Below, one piece after another: positions 21,208 through 30,617 of a DNA stretch of 64,000 bases. The stretch's first letter is position 1. Every line of letters begins with the position of its first letter. Location: positions 469,629 through 533,628 of the forward strand of contig CAWIXB010000001.1 in assembly GCA_963839955.1 (NCBI GenBank). Direction: 5' to 3'. Position numbers and translations under genes: made by a program. Under the pieces are notes generated by a model. That model was given only the letters and a program-made list of their open reading frames with translations, searched no databases and was not told where the DNA came from. Source of the stretch: an uncultured Actinomycetota bacterium (lineage in GTDB: Bacteria; Actinomycetota; Actinomycetes; JACCUZ01).

Positions 21208-22716
21208 ATGCCTGATTCCCCAGCCCCGACGACCAAGGCCGACCGCACCCCGACGTCGGGGTCGTCGCCGCTCGACCGCTTCTTCGACATCTCCGCGCGG
21301 GGGTCGACCGTCGCGCGGGAGGTGCGCGGTGGGCTCGCGACGTTCTTCACGATGGCCTACATCATCGTGCTCAACCCGCTCATCATCGGCACCGCGAAGG
21401 ACGCCGACGGACAGTACCTCGGTGGCGGGACCGAGGTGCCCAACCTTGCGCTGATCGCTGCCGCGACGGCCCTCGTTGCCGGTGTGGTGACGATCCTGAT
21501 GGGAGTCTTCGCGAACTTCCCCCTCGCCCTCGCGACCGGTTTGGGACTCAACGCGTTCGTCGCGTTCTCGGTGGCGTCGCAGATGAGCTGGGCCGACGCG
21601 ATGGGCCTGGTCGTCATCGAGGGCCTCATCATCCTCGTCCTGGTGCTCACCGGGCTGCGGCGCGCGGTGTTCCATGCCGTCCCATCCGCGCTCAAAACGG
21701 CGATCAGTGTCGGCATCGGCCTGTTCATCGCTCTCATCGGGCTGGTCGACGCCGGCATCGTCCGTCGCAACCCCGACGCCGCGAACACTCCCGTGCCGGT
21801 TGGCTTCGGGGTCGGCGGAGAGCTCGAAGGTTGGCCGACCTTCGTCTTCGTCGTCGGCCTGTTCGCCATCATCATCATGATGGTGCGCCGCGTGAAGGGC
21901 GCCATCCTGATCGGCATCATCGGCACGACGGCGCTCGCAGTCGTCGTCGAGGCGATGGCCGACATCGGCCCCTCGTTCACCCCTGAGGGCGTCAACCCGC
22001 ACGGCTGGGGCCTCAACGTCCCGGCCCTGCCGGACGACTGGGTGGACACGCCCGACTTCGGCCTGCTCGGCTCGTTCAGCCTGCTCGGCTCGTGGGAGCG
22101 GGTGGGCTTCGTCGCGGCCGCGCTGTTCGTCTTCACCCTGCTGCTCGCCGACTTCTTCGACACGATGGGCACGATGACGGCCATCGGCGCCGAGGCCGGC
22201 CTCCTGGACGAGAAGGGCGCGCCGCCGCACGCGCAGCGCATCCTCGTCGTCGACTCGGTCGCCGCGGCCGCGGGCGGAGCCGCCGCGGTGTCGAGCAACA
22301 CGTCGTACATCGAGTCCGCTGCCGGGGTCGGCGAGGGCGCGCGTACCGGGCTGGCCAGCGTCGTCACGGGCGTGCTGTTCCTGGCCGCGACCTTCCTCGC
22401 CCCCGTCGTGAGCATCGTGCCGTACGAGGCGGCGACACCCGCTCTGGTCGTCGTGGGCTACCTGATGATGGTGCAGGTCAAGTCGATCGCCTGGGACGAC
22501 ATCGAACTCGCGCTGCCGGCATTCCTGACGATCGTGCTGATGCCGTTCACCTACTCGATCGCCGTCGGCATCGGTGCCGGCTTCGTGACCTACGTTCTCA
22601 TCAAGGCGGTGGTCGGCAAGTCCAAGCAGGTGCACCCGCTGCTCTGGATCGTGGCCGCTCTGTTCGTCATCTACTTCGCCATCGACCCGCTCCGCCAGCT
22701 CCTCGGCGTCGACTGA
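21208..22716 (+). CDS. NCS2/AzgA-family nucleobase permease
   Basis: RGST-AREVRGG-ATFFTMAYI, GLGLNAF, DFFDTMGT, YIESAAGVGEGARTG, MPFTYSI. Confidence 0.9.
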   Translation: MPDSPAPTTKADRTPTSGSSPLDRFFDISARGSTVAREVRGGLATFFTMAYIIVLNPLIIGTAKDADGQYLGGGTEVPNLALIAAATALVAGVVTILMGVFANFPLALATGLGLNAFVAFSVASQMSWADAMGLVVIEGLIILVLVLTGLRRAVFHAVPSALKTAISVGIGLFIALIGLVDAGIVRRNPDAANTPVPVGFGVGGELEGWPTFVFVVGLFAIIIMMVRRVKGAILIGIIGTTALAVVVEAMADIGPSFTPEGVNPHGWGLNVPALPDDWVDTPDFGLLGSFSLLGSWERVGFVAAALFVFTLLLADFFDTMGTMTAIGAEAGLLDEKGAPPHAQRILVVDSVAAAAGGAAAVSSNTSYIESAAGVGEGARTGLASVVTGVLFLAATFLAPVVSIVPYEAATPALVVVGYLMMVQVKSIAWDDIELALPAFLTIVLMPFTYSIAVGIGAGFVTYVLIKAVVGKSKQVHPLLWIVAALFVIYFAIDPLRQLLGVD

Positions 22717-22720
22717 CCTC

Positions 22721-22810
22721 CAACCCCCGCGAGTCGACCAACGTTAGGTAGGCGCAGCAGTGCCTCAACAGGCGGGCAGACCTGTTGAGGCACTGCTGCG
22801 CCTGTTGCCG
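22721..22810 (+). repeat. Dispersed palindromic (REP-like) element, copy 1
   Basis: Head GAGTCGACCAACGTTAGGT, then a perfect 23-bp stem AGGCGCAGCAGTGCCTCAACAGG (22750-22772) / CCTGTTGAGGCACTGCTGCGCCT (22781-22803). Similar inverted copy at 38443-38548. Confidence 0.8.
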
Positions 22811-22849
22811 TGATTCCGATGTACGGCGGGGAATAGCCCGCATCTGACT

Positions 22850-22883
22850 ATCGTTAGCAACGTTAATGAGTTATGCTAATGAT
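22850..22883. promoter_or_regulatory. Inverted repeat overlapping the leaderless marR promoter (putative MarR operator)
   Basis: ATCGTTAGCA...TGCTAATGAT (1 mismatch), AT-rich; TATGCT -10 box lies 6 nt before ATG 22884. Confidence 0.55.
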
Positions 22884-23315
22884 ATGGCGACGATGACCCG
22901 GACCGCCGAACTGGCAAGCGTCCTGCGGGTCTCGGTCATGCGGCTGGCGCGTCGACTGCGCGCCGAGCGGCCCGACTACGGGCTCAGCCTCACCCAGGTG
23001 GCGACACTGAGCACGATCAGCCGCCACGGCCCGCTAACCCCGGGTGAGCTGGCGGCGCACGAGAAGGTCCGGCCGCCGTCCATGACCCGCGTGCTCGCCA
23101 GCCTCGAGGACCGCGGCCTCATCGTCCGCACCCCGCACGCGAGCGACGGCCGTCAGCATCTCGTCTCCCTCACTGGGGAGGCCGCCGCGCTGCTGCGCGA
23201 GGACAGCCGCCTGCGCGAGGCCTGGCTCTCGCAGCGACTGGCCGAGCTGACCCGCGAGGAGCGCGACATCCTTCGCGCCGCCGCACCCATCATCGATCGC
23301 ATCACGAGGACATGA
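22884..23315 (+). CDS. MarR-family transcriptional regulator
   Basis: RLARRLR, LTPGELAAHEKVRPPSMTRVL, DGR wing motif. Confidence 0.9.
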   Translation: MATMTRTAELASVLRVSVMRLARRLRAERPDYGLSLTQVATLSTISRHGPLTPGELAAHEKVRPPSMTRVLASLEDRGLIVRTPHASDGRQHLVSLTGEAAALLREDSRLREAWLSQRLAELTREERDILRAAAPIIDRITRT

Positions 23316-24595
23316 GCCCGACCTTCCGCTCACTGCGTAACCGCAACTACCGCCTGTACGCCGCCGGTGGCGTCATCTCCAACACCGGCACCTGGATGCA
23401 GCGCGTAGCACAGGACTGGCTCGTGCTCCGGCTCTCCGGCAACGACGGTGTCGCCCTCGGCATCACGACGGGCCTGCAGTTCCTGCCCATGCTGCTGTTC
23501 GGCCCCTGGGGCGGGACACTCGCCGACCGCTACTCCAAGCGGAAGCTGCTCATGCTCAGCCAGGGCTTCATGGCCTTCGTCGGTGCGGTGCTCGGCATGC
23601 TCGACCTTCTCGACGTCGTGCAGGTGTGGCACGTGTTCGTGCTGGCCTTTCTCCTCGGCGTCGGCACAGCCGTCGACAACCCCACCCGTCAGTCGTTCGT
23701 GATCGAGATGGTGGGCCGCGACGACGTGCCCAACGCCGTCGGGCTCAACAGCGCGTCGTTCAACCTCGGTCGCGTCACCGGCCCGGCGCTGGCCGGCCTG
23801 CTCATCGTGCTCATCGGCACCGGGCCCGTCTTCCTCATCAACGCCGTGTCGTTCGGCGCCGTCATCTTCGCGCTGAGCCGGATGCGGGTCGCCGACCTGA
23901 GCCCTGCGCCACGGGCGGCGCGAGGCCGCGGGCAGATCCTCGAAGGCATCCGCTACGTCCGGGGCCGGCCCGACCTGCTCGTGATCCTCGCCGTCGTGTT
24001 CTTCGTCGGCACCTTCGGGCTGAACTTCCAGATGACGACCGCCCTCATGGCGACCGAGGTCTTCGACAAGGGCGCCGGCCAGTACGGCCTGCTCGGTTCG
24101 ATCATGGCCATCGGCTCGCTGTCGGGAGCCCTGCTCGCGGCCCGGCGCGGCCGGCCCCGCTTGCACCTGCTCATCTTCGCCGCCGTGGCGTTCGGTTTGC
24201 TCGAGGTGATCGCCGGCTTGATGCCGACCTACCCGCTGTTCGCGATCGCGCTGATCCCGGTGGGCGTCACCTCGCTGACGTTCATCACCTCGGCCAACGC
24301 GATGATGCAGCTCGCGGTCGACCCGGTGATGCGGGGGCGGGTGATGGCGCTCTACATGGCGGTCTTCTTCGGCGGTACGCCGATCGGTGCACCCGCCGTG
24401 GGCGCCGTCGCGGAGGCCTTCGGCGCACGGTGGGCCCTCATCATCGGGGGCCTGGTGTCCGCGGTCGCCGCCGCCGTCGGCGGTGCGTTGCTCGCTCGCA
24501 ACGGCGGACACACGGTTCGTCACCACCTGCGTGAGCTGTCCCGCGACCGCGTGCGCGAGGAGGCCGAGCTGGCCCAGGTCTCGCAGGGCACCTGA
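23312..24595 (+). CDS. MFS transporter (MFS_3-like)
   Basis: FRSLRNRNYRLY, SNTGTWMQRVAQDWLVL, GTLADRY, DNPTRQSFV, RGRVMALY; ATGA overlap with marR. Confidence 0.88.
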   Translation: MSPTFRSLRNRNYRLYAAGGVISNTGTWMQRVAQDWLVLRLSGNDGVALGITTGLQFLPMLLFGPWGGTLADRYSKRKLLMLSQGFMAFVGAVLGMLDLLDVVQVWHVFVLAFLLGVGTAVDNPTRQSFVIEMVGRDDVPNAVGLNSASFNLGRVTGPALAGLLIVLIGTGPVFLINAVSFGAVIFALSRMRVADLSPAPRAARGRGQILEGIRYVRGRPDLLVILAVVFFVGTFGLNFQMTTALMATEVFDKGAGQYGLLGSIMAIGSLSGALLAARRGRPRLHLLIFAAVAFGLLEVIAGLMPTYPLFAIALIPVGVTSLTFITSANAMMQLAVDPVMRGRVMALYMAVFFGGTPIGAPAVGAVAEAFGARWALIIGGLVSAVAAAVGGALLARNGGHTVRHHLRELSRDRVREEAELAQVSQGT

Positions 24596-24677
24596 TCGGC
24601 CCGGGACGGGAAATCAAGGGACTGCCCGCGCAAACAAGGGACTGGCAGGACGCAGGGCCGGGCGTCAGGATGGCGCC

Positions 24678-25454
24678 ATGACGCCGACCGACCGCACCAC
24701 CGCTGCCGCACCGACCACCCTGACCCCCGACGCCTACCTCGCCCACCTGCGCAACGACGCCGCCCGAATGGCCGAGCTCTCCCTGCAGGGCCTGGACCGG
24801 CCGGTGCCGCCGTGCCCCGGCTGGGACGTGCGCGAGGCGCTCGTGCACACGGGCGAGGTCTTTTCGCACAAGGTCGCCTGCATGCGGCTCGGGCGGAGGC
24901 CGAAGGACGACGAGTACCTGCACGGTCCGGGTGAGAACGAGACACCCGTCGACTGGTTCCGCGCGCGACGCGACGAGCTGATCGACGAGCTCACGACCCG
25001 GGGTGCCGGCGCCCCGGCGTACAGCTGGCACGACGACCATCAGGATGTCGCGTTCTGGTACCGCCGCATGGCGCAGGAGACGGCGGTGCACCGCGTCGAC
25101 GTCGAGAGCGCGTTCGACGCGATCTCCCCGGTGGCCGACGACCTCGCAGTCGACGGCGTCGACGAGGTCCTCGACTGGTTCCTGTCCTTCCAGGCGGAGG
25201 ACGTCGGTCCTGACGGTCCGGGTCGTGGCACCGTCGCCGTTCGCACCGGCGCACACATCTGGCGCTCGACGCTGGTGCCGGACGAGGTCGAGCTCTCCCG
25301 CGAGCCCGGGCCGAGCGACGCAGTCGTGAGCGGTGAGCCCTCCGAGCTGCTGCTGTGGCTGTGGGGCCGTCGCCCCGAGTCGGCCGTGCGCATCGAGGGT
25401 GACACCGACCTGGTCAACGCCTTCCGCGAGCGGCTGCGCGTCGTCACGCAGTGA
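24678..25454 (+). CDS. Mycothiol-dependent maleylpyruvate-isomerase-family (DinB-like) enzyme
   Basis: VPPCPGWDVREALVH, RRMAQETAVHRVD, LAVDGVDE, ELLLWLWGR. Confidence 0.82.
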   Translation: MTPTDRTTAAAPTTLTPDAYLAHLRNDAARMAELSLQGLDRPVPPCPGWDVREALVHTGEVFSHKVACMRLGRRPKDDEYLHGPGENETPVDWFRARRDELIDELTTRGAGAPAYSWHDDHQDVAFWYRRMAQETAVHRVDVESAFDAISPVADDLAVDGVDEVLDWFLSFQAEDVGPDGPGRGTVAVRTGAHIWRSTLVPDEVELSREPGPSDAVVSGEPSELLLWLWGRRPESAVRIEGDTDLVNAFRERLRVVTQ

Positions 25455-25467
25455 GCGGCGCGGGCAG

Positions 25468-26583
25468 ATGACGACGTACGACGTCGTGGTGGTGGGCCTG
25501 GGCGGTTTCGGCAGCGCCACCGCCTACCACCTGGCCGCGCGCGGCCGGCGCGTCCTCGGCCTCGACCGACACCTGCCGTGCCACGCCCACGGCGCGAGCC
25601 ACGGCGAGACCCGCATCGTGCGGCAGGTCTACTTCGAGGGTGAGGCCTACGTCCCGCTTCTCCGCGGCGCCCACGAGCGCTGGGAGCGGCTCGGTCGCGA
25701 CGCCGGCGAGGCGCTGTTCACCCGCACCGGCGGGCTCTTCCTCGGTCGGCCCGACGGCCCGGTGTTCCGCGGCAGCGTGGCGACGGCACGTGCGGGCGGC
25801 ATCGCCCACGAGGTCCTCGACGCGGCCGAGGTGACGAGGCGGTTCCCCGCCGTGCGACCACCCGAGGAGACGAACGCCGTGTTCGAGCCGGATGCCGGCG
25901 TGGTGTCGCCCGAACGCGTCGTGGGTGCCCACCTGACGCTCGCGGCCCGCGCAGGTGCCGAGCTCCGGCACGAGTCGCCGGTGCAGTCGTGGACGGCGAC
26001 GTCGTCGGGGGTGCGGGTGCACGCCGCGGGCGAGACACACGATGCCGGTGCCCTGGTGCTCGCGCCGGGACGCTGGACGAGCGACCTCGCGGACGACCTC
26101 GGCGTTCCCCTGACCGTCGAGCGGCGGACGATGCACTGGTTCGAGCCGCCGGGTGGGGTCGATCAGCACGCGGTGGGACGGTTGCCGCTGTGGATCTGGG
26201 AGCGGGACGACGGTACAACCGCCTACGGAGTGCCGGCCGTGGCGGGCGAGGGTGGCGGGGTGAAGACGTCGGTGCACCACAGCATCGTGCGCCCCGCTGA
26301 CTCGTGGGAGGCCGAGGACGTGGCGGAGCTGTTGGCCGGGCTGCTGCCCGGACTCGGCCGGTCGGTCCTGCGGTCGGTCGACTGCACCTACACGTTGACG
26401 CCCGACGGCCACTTCGTCGTCGGTCGACATCCCGCGCACGAGCGGGTCTTGGTGGCGTGCGGCTTCTCGGGGCACGGCTTCAAGTTCACGCCGGTGCTGG
26501 GGGAGGCCCTGGCCGAGCTCGTCGTCGACGGTGTCTCGTCTTTCCCGCTCGCGACCTTCGACCCGCGCCGCTTCGCCGCGTGA
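25468..26583 (+). CDS. solA: Monomeric sarcosine oxidase / N-methyl-L-tryptophan oxidase family flavoprotein
   Basis: GLGGFGS FAD motif, GASHGETRIVR, CTYTLTPD (covalent-FAD Cys position), GFSGHGFKF. Confidence 0.82.
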   Translation: MTTYDVVVVGLGGFGSATAYHLAARGRRVLGLDRHLPCHAHGASHGETRIVRQVYFEGEAYVPLLRGAHERWERLGRDAGEALFTRTGGLFLGRPDGPVFRGSVATARAGGIAHEVLDAAEVTRRFPAVRPPEETNAVFEPDAGVVSPERVVGAHLTLAARAGAELRHESPVQSWTATSSGVRVHAAGETHDAGALVLAPGRWTSDLADDLGVPLTVERRTMHWFEPPGGVDQHAVGRLPLWIWERDDGTTAYGVPAVAGEGGGVKTSVHHSIVRPADSWEAEDVAELLAGLLPGLGRSVLRSVDCTYTLTPDGHFVVGRHPAHERVLVACGFSGHGFKFTPVLGEALAELVVDGVSSFPLATFDPRRFAA

Positions 26584-27101
26584 GGCTCTTCCTGGCGTTG
26601 TCACCACCGTCGGCCGTGACCGCTCACCTCGACGCCGCTGTCGAGGCGGCGCGGGCGGCCTACCCGTCGGCGGACGTGCGGTGGGTGCCCGCCGAGCGCT
26701 GGCACCTCACACTCGCCTTCTACGGCGAGGTCGCCGATCGCGACGTCGCGCGGCTGCGTCGGCGGGTCGCGCGTCTGGTGTCGGGCCAGGTCGCGCTCGA
26801 CCTCTCGTTCACCGGTGCGGGGCGGTTCGGCCACCGCGTGCTGTGGATCGGCATGGGCGGTGACGTCGACGGGCTCCGTGCGCTCGGGCAGCGCGCGAGC
26901 GTCGAGGACCGCTCGTACCGGCCGCACCTGACAGTCGCGCGCGGGCGCGGCGGGGTCGATCTCACGCCCGCTGTCGACGCACTCGCGGCGTACGCTGGCC
27001 CGCCGTGGCGAGCCGGGTCGGTGCACCTGGTGGAGTCGCACCTCGGACCCCAGCCGCGCTACGACGACGTCGAGGCCTGGCCGCTGCTTGAACCAGCCTA
27101 G
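26580..27101 (+). CDS. thpR: RNA 2',3'-cyclic phosphodiesterase (2H superfamily)
   Basis: (V)RLFLAL start overlapping the upstream stop; two HxT motifs (WHLTLAFYG, PHLTVAR). Confidence 0.87.
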   Translation: MRLFLALSPPSAVTAHLDAAVEAARAAYPSADVRWVPAERWHLTLAFYGEVADRDVARLRRRVARLVSGQVALDLSFTGAGRFGHRVLWIGMGGDVDGLRALGQRASVEDRSYRPHLTVARGRGGVDLTPAVDALAAYAGPPWRAGSVHLVESHLGPQPRYDDVEAWPLLEPA

Positions 27102-27110
27102 GCTCGCGTC

Positions 27111-27194
27111 GTGGATCCCCGGACCCGGCGGTGGGTGGTGCTGGGTGCGCTCGCGTTGATGGTGCTCGTCGTCGTCCTCGGCGCGGTCGTCTAG
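27111..27194 (+). CDS. 27-aa single-TM small protein MDPRTRRWVVLGALALMVLVVVLGAVV (not in ORF track)
   Basis: Manual translation GTG..TAG. TAGGCT -10 box at 27099-27104, 6 nt before the start (leaderless pattern); mostly G/C third codon positions. Confidence 0.6.
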   Translation: MDPRTRRWVVLGALALMVLVVVLGAVV

Positions 27195-27208
27195 CCGGTC
27201 TCGGGCGC

Positions 27209-28183
27209 CTACCAGGCGTAGGCCTCGGGCGACGGGCCACCCGGGCCGGGAAAGATCTCGTCGAGACGGGTCAGCGACTTCTCGTCGAGAGTGACGTCCA
27301 GCGCACGGAGCGAGCCGTCGAGCTGTTCCATGGTTCGCGGCCCGATGATCGGAGCGGTCACGCCGGGCTGCGCGATCAGCCAGGCGATCGCGACGTCGGC
27401 GGGCTCTTCGCCGAGGTCCTCGCAGAACGCCTCGTAGGCCTCGATCGCGTCGTGGTTGGCCTCGAGTGCATCCTTGGCGCGGCCCTTCAGGCGCCGCGCG
27501 CCGGAGCGCTCCTTGCGCAGCACGCCACCGAGCAGTCCTCCGTGCAAGGGCGACCAGGGGATGACGCCGACTCCGTAGTCGCGACAGGCCGGCAGGACCT
27601 CGAGCTCGATGTCGCGCGTGAGCAAGTTGTAGATCGACTGCTCGCTCACCAGACCGGTCGAGTGTCTGCGTCGTGCGGCCTCCATGCCCTTGGCGATGTG
27701 CCACCCGGCATGGTTGGACGAGCCGACATACAGGACCTTGCCCTGCGCGCGTAGAATGTCGAAGGCTTCCCAGATTTCGTCCCACGGCGTCGAGAGGTCG
27801 ACGTGGTGCATCTGGTAGAGGTCGATCCGGTCGGTCTGCAGGCGCTCTAGCGAAGCGTCGCATGCCGCCCGGATGTTTCTTGCCGACAGGAACGTGTCGT
27901 TGGGCCAGTCGCTCATCGAGCCGTAGAGCTTGGTGGCGATGACCGTCTTCTCGCGGCGGTCGCCACCCTGGGCGAACCACCGGCCGACGATCTGCTCGGT
28001 GACGCCCTGGCCCTTCTTCCACCCGTAGACGTTCGCGGTGTCGAAGAAGTTGATGCCGTGGTCGAGGGCGCGATCCATGATCGCGTGGGAGTCGACCTCG
28101 TTCGTCTCCGGGCCGAAGTTCATGGTGCCGAGGCAGAGAGGGCTGACTGCGAGGCCGCTGCGGCCGAGGTGGATGTAGTCCAT
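27209..28183 (-). CDS. Aldo/keto reductase
   Basis: LGRSGLAVSPLCLGTMNFG, FFDTANVYG, ATK, IDLYQMHH, WSPL-GGLL, PIIGPRT. Confidence 0.92.
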   Translation of the reverse strand: MDYIHLGRSGLAVSPLCLGTMNFGPETNEVDSHAIMDRALDHGINFFDTANVYGWKKGQGVTEQIVGRWFAQGGDRREKTVIATKLYGSMSDWPNDTFLSARNIRAACDASLERLQTDRIDLYQMHHVDLSTPWDEIWEAFDILRAQGKVLYVGSSNHAGWHIAKGMEAARRRHSTGLVSEQSIYNLLTRDIELEVLPACRDYGVGVIPWSPLHGGLLGGVLRKERSGARRLKGRAKDALEANHDAIEAYEAFCEDLGEEPADVAIAWLIAQPGVTAPIIGPRTMEQLDGSLRALDVTLDEKSLTRLDEIFPGPGGPSPEAYAW

Positions 28184-28246
28184 GCCGTTCCCCTGCCCCC
28201 GGACGGGGTGGCACCAACCCTGATCGCGGCACCTAGGCTCGAAACG

Positions 28247-29461
28247 ATGACGGAACTGTCGACTCGTGCTCCGGTGGCTCGCGAGGTGTGGGCCACCCGC
28301 GTGGTTTTCGCCGGGAACGGTGCCCTGTTCGCCACGTGGGTGTCCCGGCTCCCGGCGGTGCGCGACCGGCTCGAGGCCGACGAGCGAGGCCTGGGTTTCG
28401 CGCTCCTGTGCATCGCCGTCGGCTCGCTGATCGCGATGCCGCTGTCGAGCCGCCTCATCACCCGGTTCGGTGTCCGGGCCGTCATAGCCGCGTGTGTCCT
28501 CGCATGCATGGCCGCCTATCCCGCCTTGGCGGTGATGCCCGGGCTGGTCTCGCTCGGCGGGGTGCTCCTGGTGGTCGGCGCAGGCGTCGGTGTGTGGGAC
28601 GTGGCGATGAACGTCGCCGGCCATGAGGTCGAGGTGCACGCCGGGCGTCCGCTGATGTCCGGCTTCCACGCGTGCTGGAGCATCGGGACGGTGAGCGGTG
28701 CCGGCGCGGGTGCGCTCGCTGCGGTTGCCGGTCTGGAGCCGCTCGCGCACTTCGCCTTGGCGAGCGCGCTCGTCGGCGGCGCTTCACTTGTCGCGACACG
28801 CCGACTGCCCGAAAGCAGTGCGAGTGGTGCGGGCGCCTCGGCCGCCGACTGCGAGGGCGAGCACCACGTGCCGATGGTGTCGCCGCGACCGCTGGTCGCC
28901 GACCCACGCCTCATCGGCCTCGGCGTCATGACGTTCTGCGCCGCATGGGCGGAGGGAGCAGCCAACGACTGGCTTGCGTTGCTGCTCACCGACGAGCGCG
29001 ATGCCTCGGGCGCGCTCGCCGCGCTCGGCTTCGCTGTCTTCGCGACGGCCATGACGATCGGACGCTTCGCGGGCAACCGGGCCGTCGAGGTGCTCGGCCG
29101 GGTCCGCGCGCTTCGCTGGAGCGCGCTGCTTGCCGCGTGCGGGGTCACGCTGCTGCTGACCGTGCCGGTGCTCGCCGCCGGCTACGCGGGCAGTCTGCTC
29201 TGGGGGCTCGGCGTCGCCGTCGGCTTCCCGCTGGCGATGAGCGCGGCCGGCGAGACGCCGGGACGCGGGCCTGCGGCGATCGCGATGGTGGCGACGATCG
29301 CCTACTCCGGCTTCCTGATCGGACCACCCCTGATCGGCTCGCTCGCCCACGAGGTCGGGCTGGACAGCGCCCTGTGGGTCGTCGTCGTCCTCGCCGCCGG
29401 GATGTTCGCCCTCGCCGGCACCGCGCGAACCGTCGAGCAGACGCCCACCGTGCGAGGCTAG
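28247..29461 (+). CDS. MFS transporter
   Basis: WVSRLPAVR, DVAMN, MSGFHA, EGAANDW, MTIGRF, GFLIGPPLIG; TAGGCT box 7 nt upstream of ATG. Confidence 0.85.
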   Translation: MTELSTRAPVAREVWATRVVFAGNGALFATWVSRLPAVRDRLEADERGLGFALLCIAVGSLIAMPLSSRLITRFGVRAVIAACVLACMAAYPALAVMPGLVSLGGVLLVVGAGVGVWDVAMNVAGHEVEVHAGRPLMSGFHACWSIGTVSGAGAGALAAVAGLEPLAHFALASALVGGASLVATRRLPESSASGAGASAADCEGEHHVPMVSPRPLVADPRLIGLGVMTFCAAWAEGAANDWLALLLTDERDASGALAALGFAVFATAMTIGRFAGNRAVEVLGRVRALRWSALLAACGVTLLLTVPVLAAGYAGSLLWGLGVAVGFPLAMSAAGETPGRGPAAIAMVATIAYSGFLIGPPLIGSLAHEVGLDSALWVVVVLAAGMFALAGTARTVEQTPTVRG

Positions 29462-29465
29462 GAAG

Positions 29466-30617
29466 GTGCCCCAGCCCCTCGATGACGCGCTGGCCGAGCT
29501 GCGTCCGTTGTTGCTCGACCACGAGCGGCTCGTGCGCGCGGTCGCGGCCGGCCGCCGCCGTGGCGAGACACCACGCTGGACCCGGGTCGAGCTGCGACCG
29601 GTGGACCTCAAGCCCGGCCGCTGCCTGCAGGTCGTCACGCACGACGGGGGCGCTCCGCTGACCCGTAACCTCGGGTACGACGAGGGGGCGCCCGCCACCG
29701 TCGACGAGCTGCTCGCGGCGCCGTTCGGCAACTGGCACGTCGAGACCACCGACGAGACCGTGCAGCTGCGCGTGACCAAGAAGGGCGCCGCACAGGTGCA
29801 TCGCAGCGTGGGCGGCGCGACGCAGAACACCGAGCACGACCGGCCACCTCGCCACCTGGTCGACCCCGGCGACCCGATGTTCGACCTGCTCGCCGCGGGC
29901 GCCGACAAGCGTCGCCAGGTGGATGCCTTCGTGCGGGTGCTCGACGGAGTGGTCGTCGCCGCCGATCTCCCGACGGACCGCCCGCTGCGCGTCGTCGATC
30001 TCGGCTGCGGCAACGCCTATCTCACGTTCGCGGCCTTCCGCTACCTCGCCGTGAACCGCGCGGTCGAGATGGTCGGGGTCGACCTCCGTGACGAGGCCCG
30101 GGAGCGCAACACGCGCATCGCGGACGAGCTCGGCTGGTCACCGCGGCTGAGCTTCGTTGCGGGCTCGATCGTCGACGCGCCGGTGACCGGCGCCGACGTG
30201 GTGCTCGCACTGCACGCCTGCGACACCGCCACCGACGATGCGCTCGCCGTCGCCGTGCGGTGGCGTGCCTCGCTCGTGCTGGCCGCGCCTTGCTGCCACC
30301 ACGACGTGCAGCGACAGCTCAAGGCGGCGCCCACGCCTGCTCCGTACGCCTTGCTCCTACGGCATCCGATCCTGCGCGAGCATTTCGGCGACGTGCTCAC
30401 CGACGGCCTGCGCGCCGCACTCCTGCGGCGGCTGGGCTACCGCGTCGAGGTCCTGCAGTTCGTCGCGAGCCAGCACACCCCACGCAACACGATGATCAAG
30501 GCGGTGCGCACCGACGCGCCGGTCGATCCGGTCCTGGCTCGGCAGTACGAGGAGCTGGTCGGCGCCTGGGGTGTCACGCCGTACCTGCAGTCCGCGCTCG
30601 ATGATGTCCTTCGCTAG
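29466..30617 (+). CDS. SAM-dependent methyltransferase (Methyltransf_32-like)
   Basis: VVDLGCGNAYLTFA, ALHACDTATDDAL, PCCHH, HTPRN. Confidence 0.85.
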   Translation: MPQPLDDALAELRPLLLDHERLVRAVAAGRRRGETPRWTRVELRPVDLKPGRCLQVVTHDGGAPLTRNLGYDEGAPATVDELLAAPFGNWHVETTDETVQLRVTKKGAAQVHRSVGGATQNTEHDRPPRHLVDPGDPMFDLLAAGADKRRQVDAFVRVLDGVVVAADLPTDRPLRVVDLGCGNAYLTFAAFRYLAVNRAVEMVGVDLRDEARERNTRIADELGWSPRLSFVAGSIVDAPVTGADVVLALHACDTATDDALAVAVRWRASLVLAAPCCHHDVQRQLKAAPTPAPYALLLRHPILREHFGDVLTDGLRAALLRRLGYRVEVLQFVASQHTPRNTMIKAVRTDAPVDPVLARQYEELVGAWGVTPYLQSALDDVLR

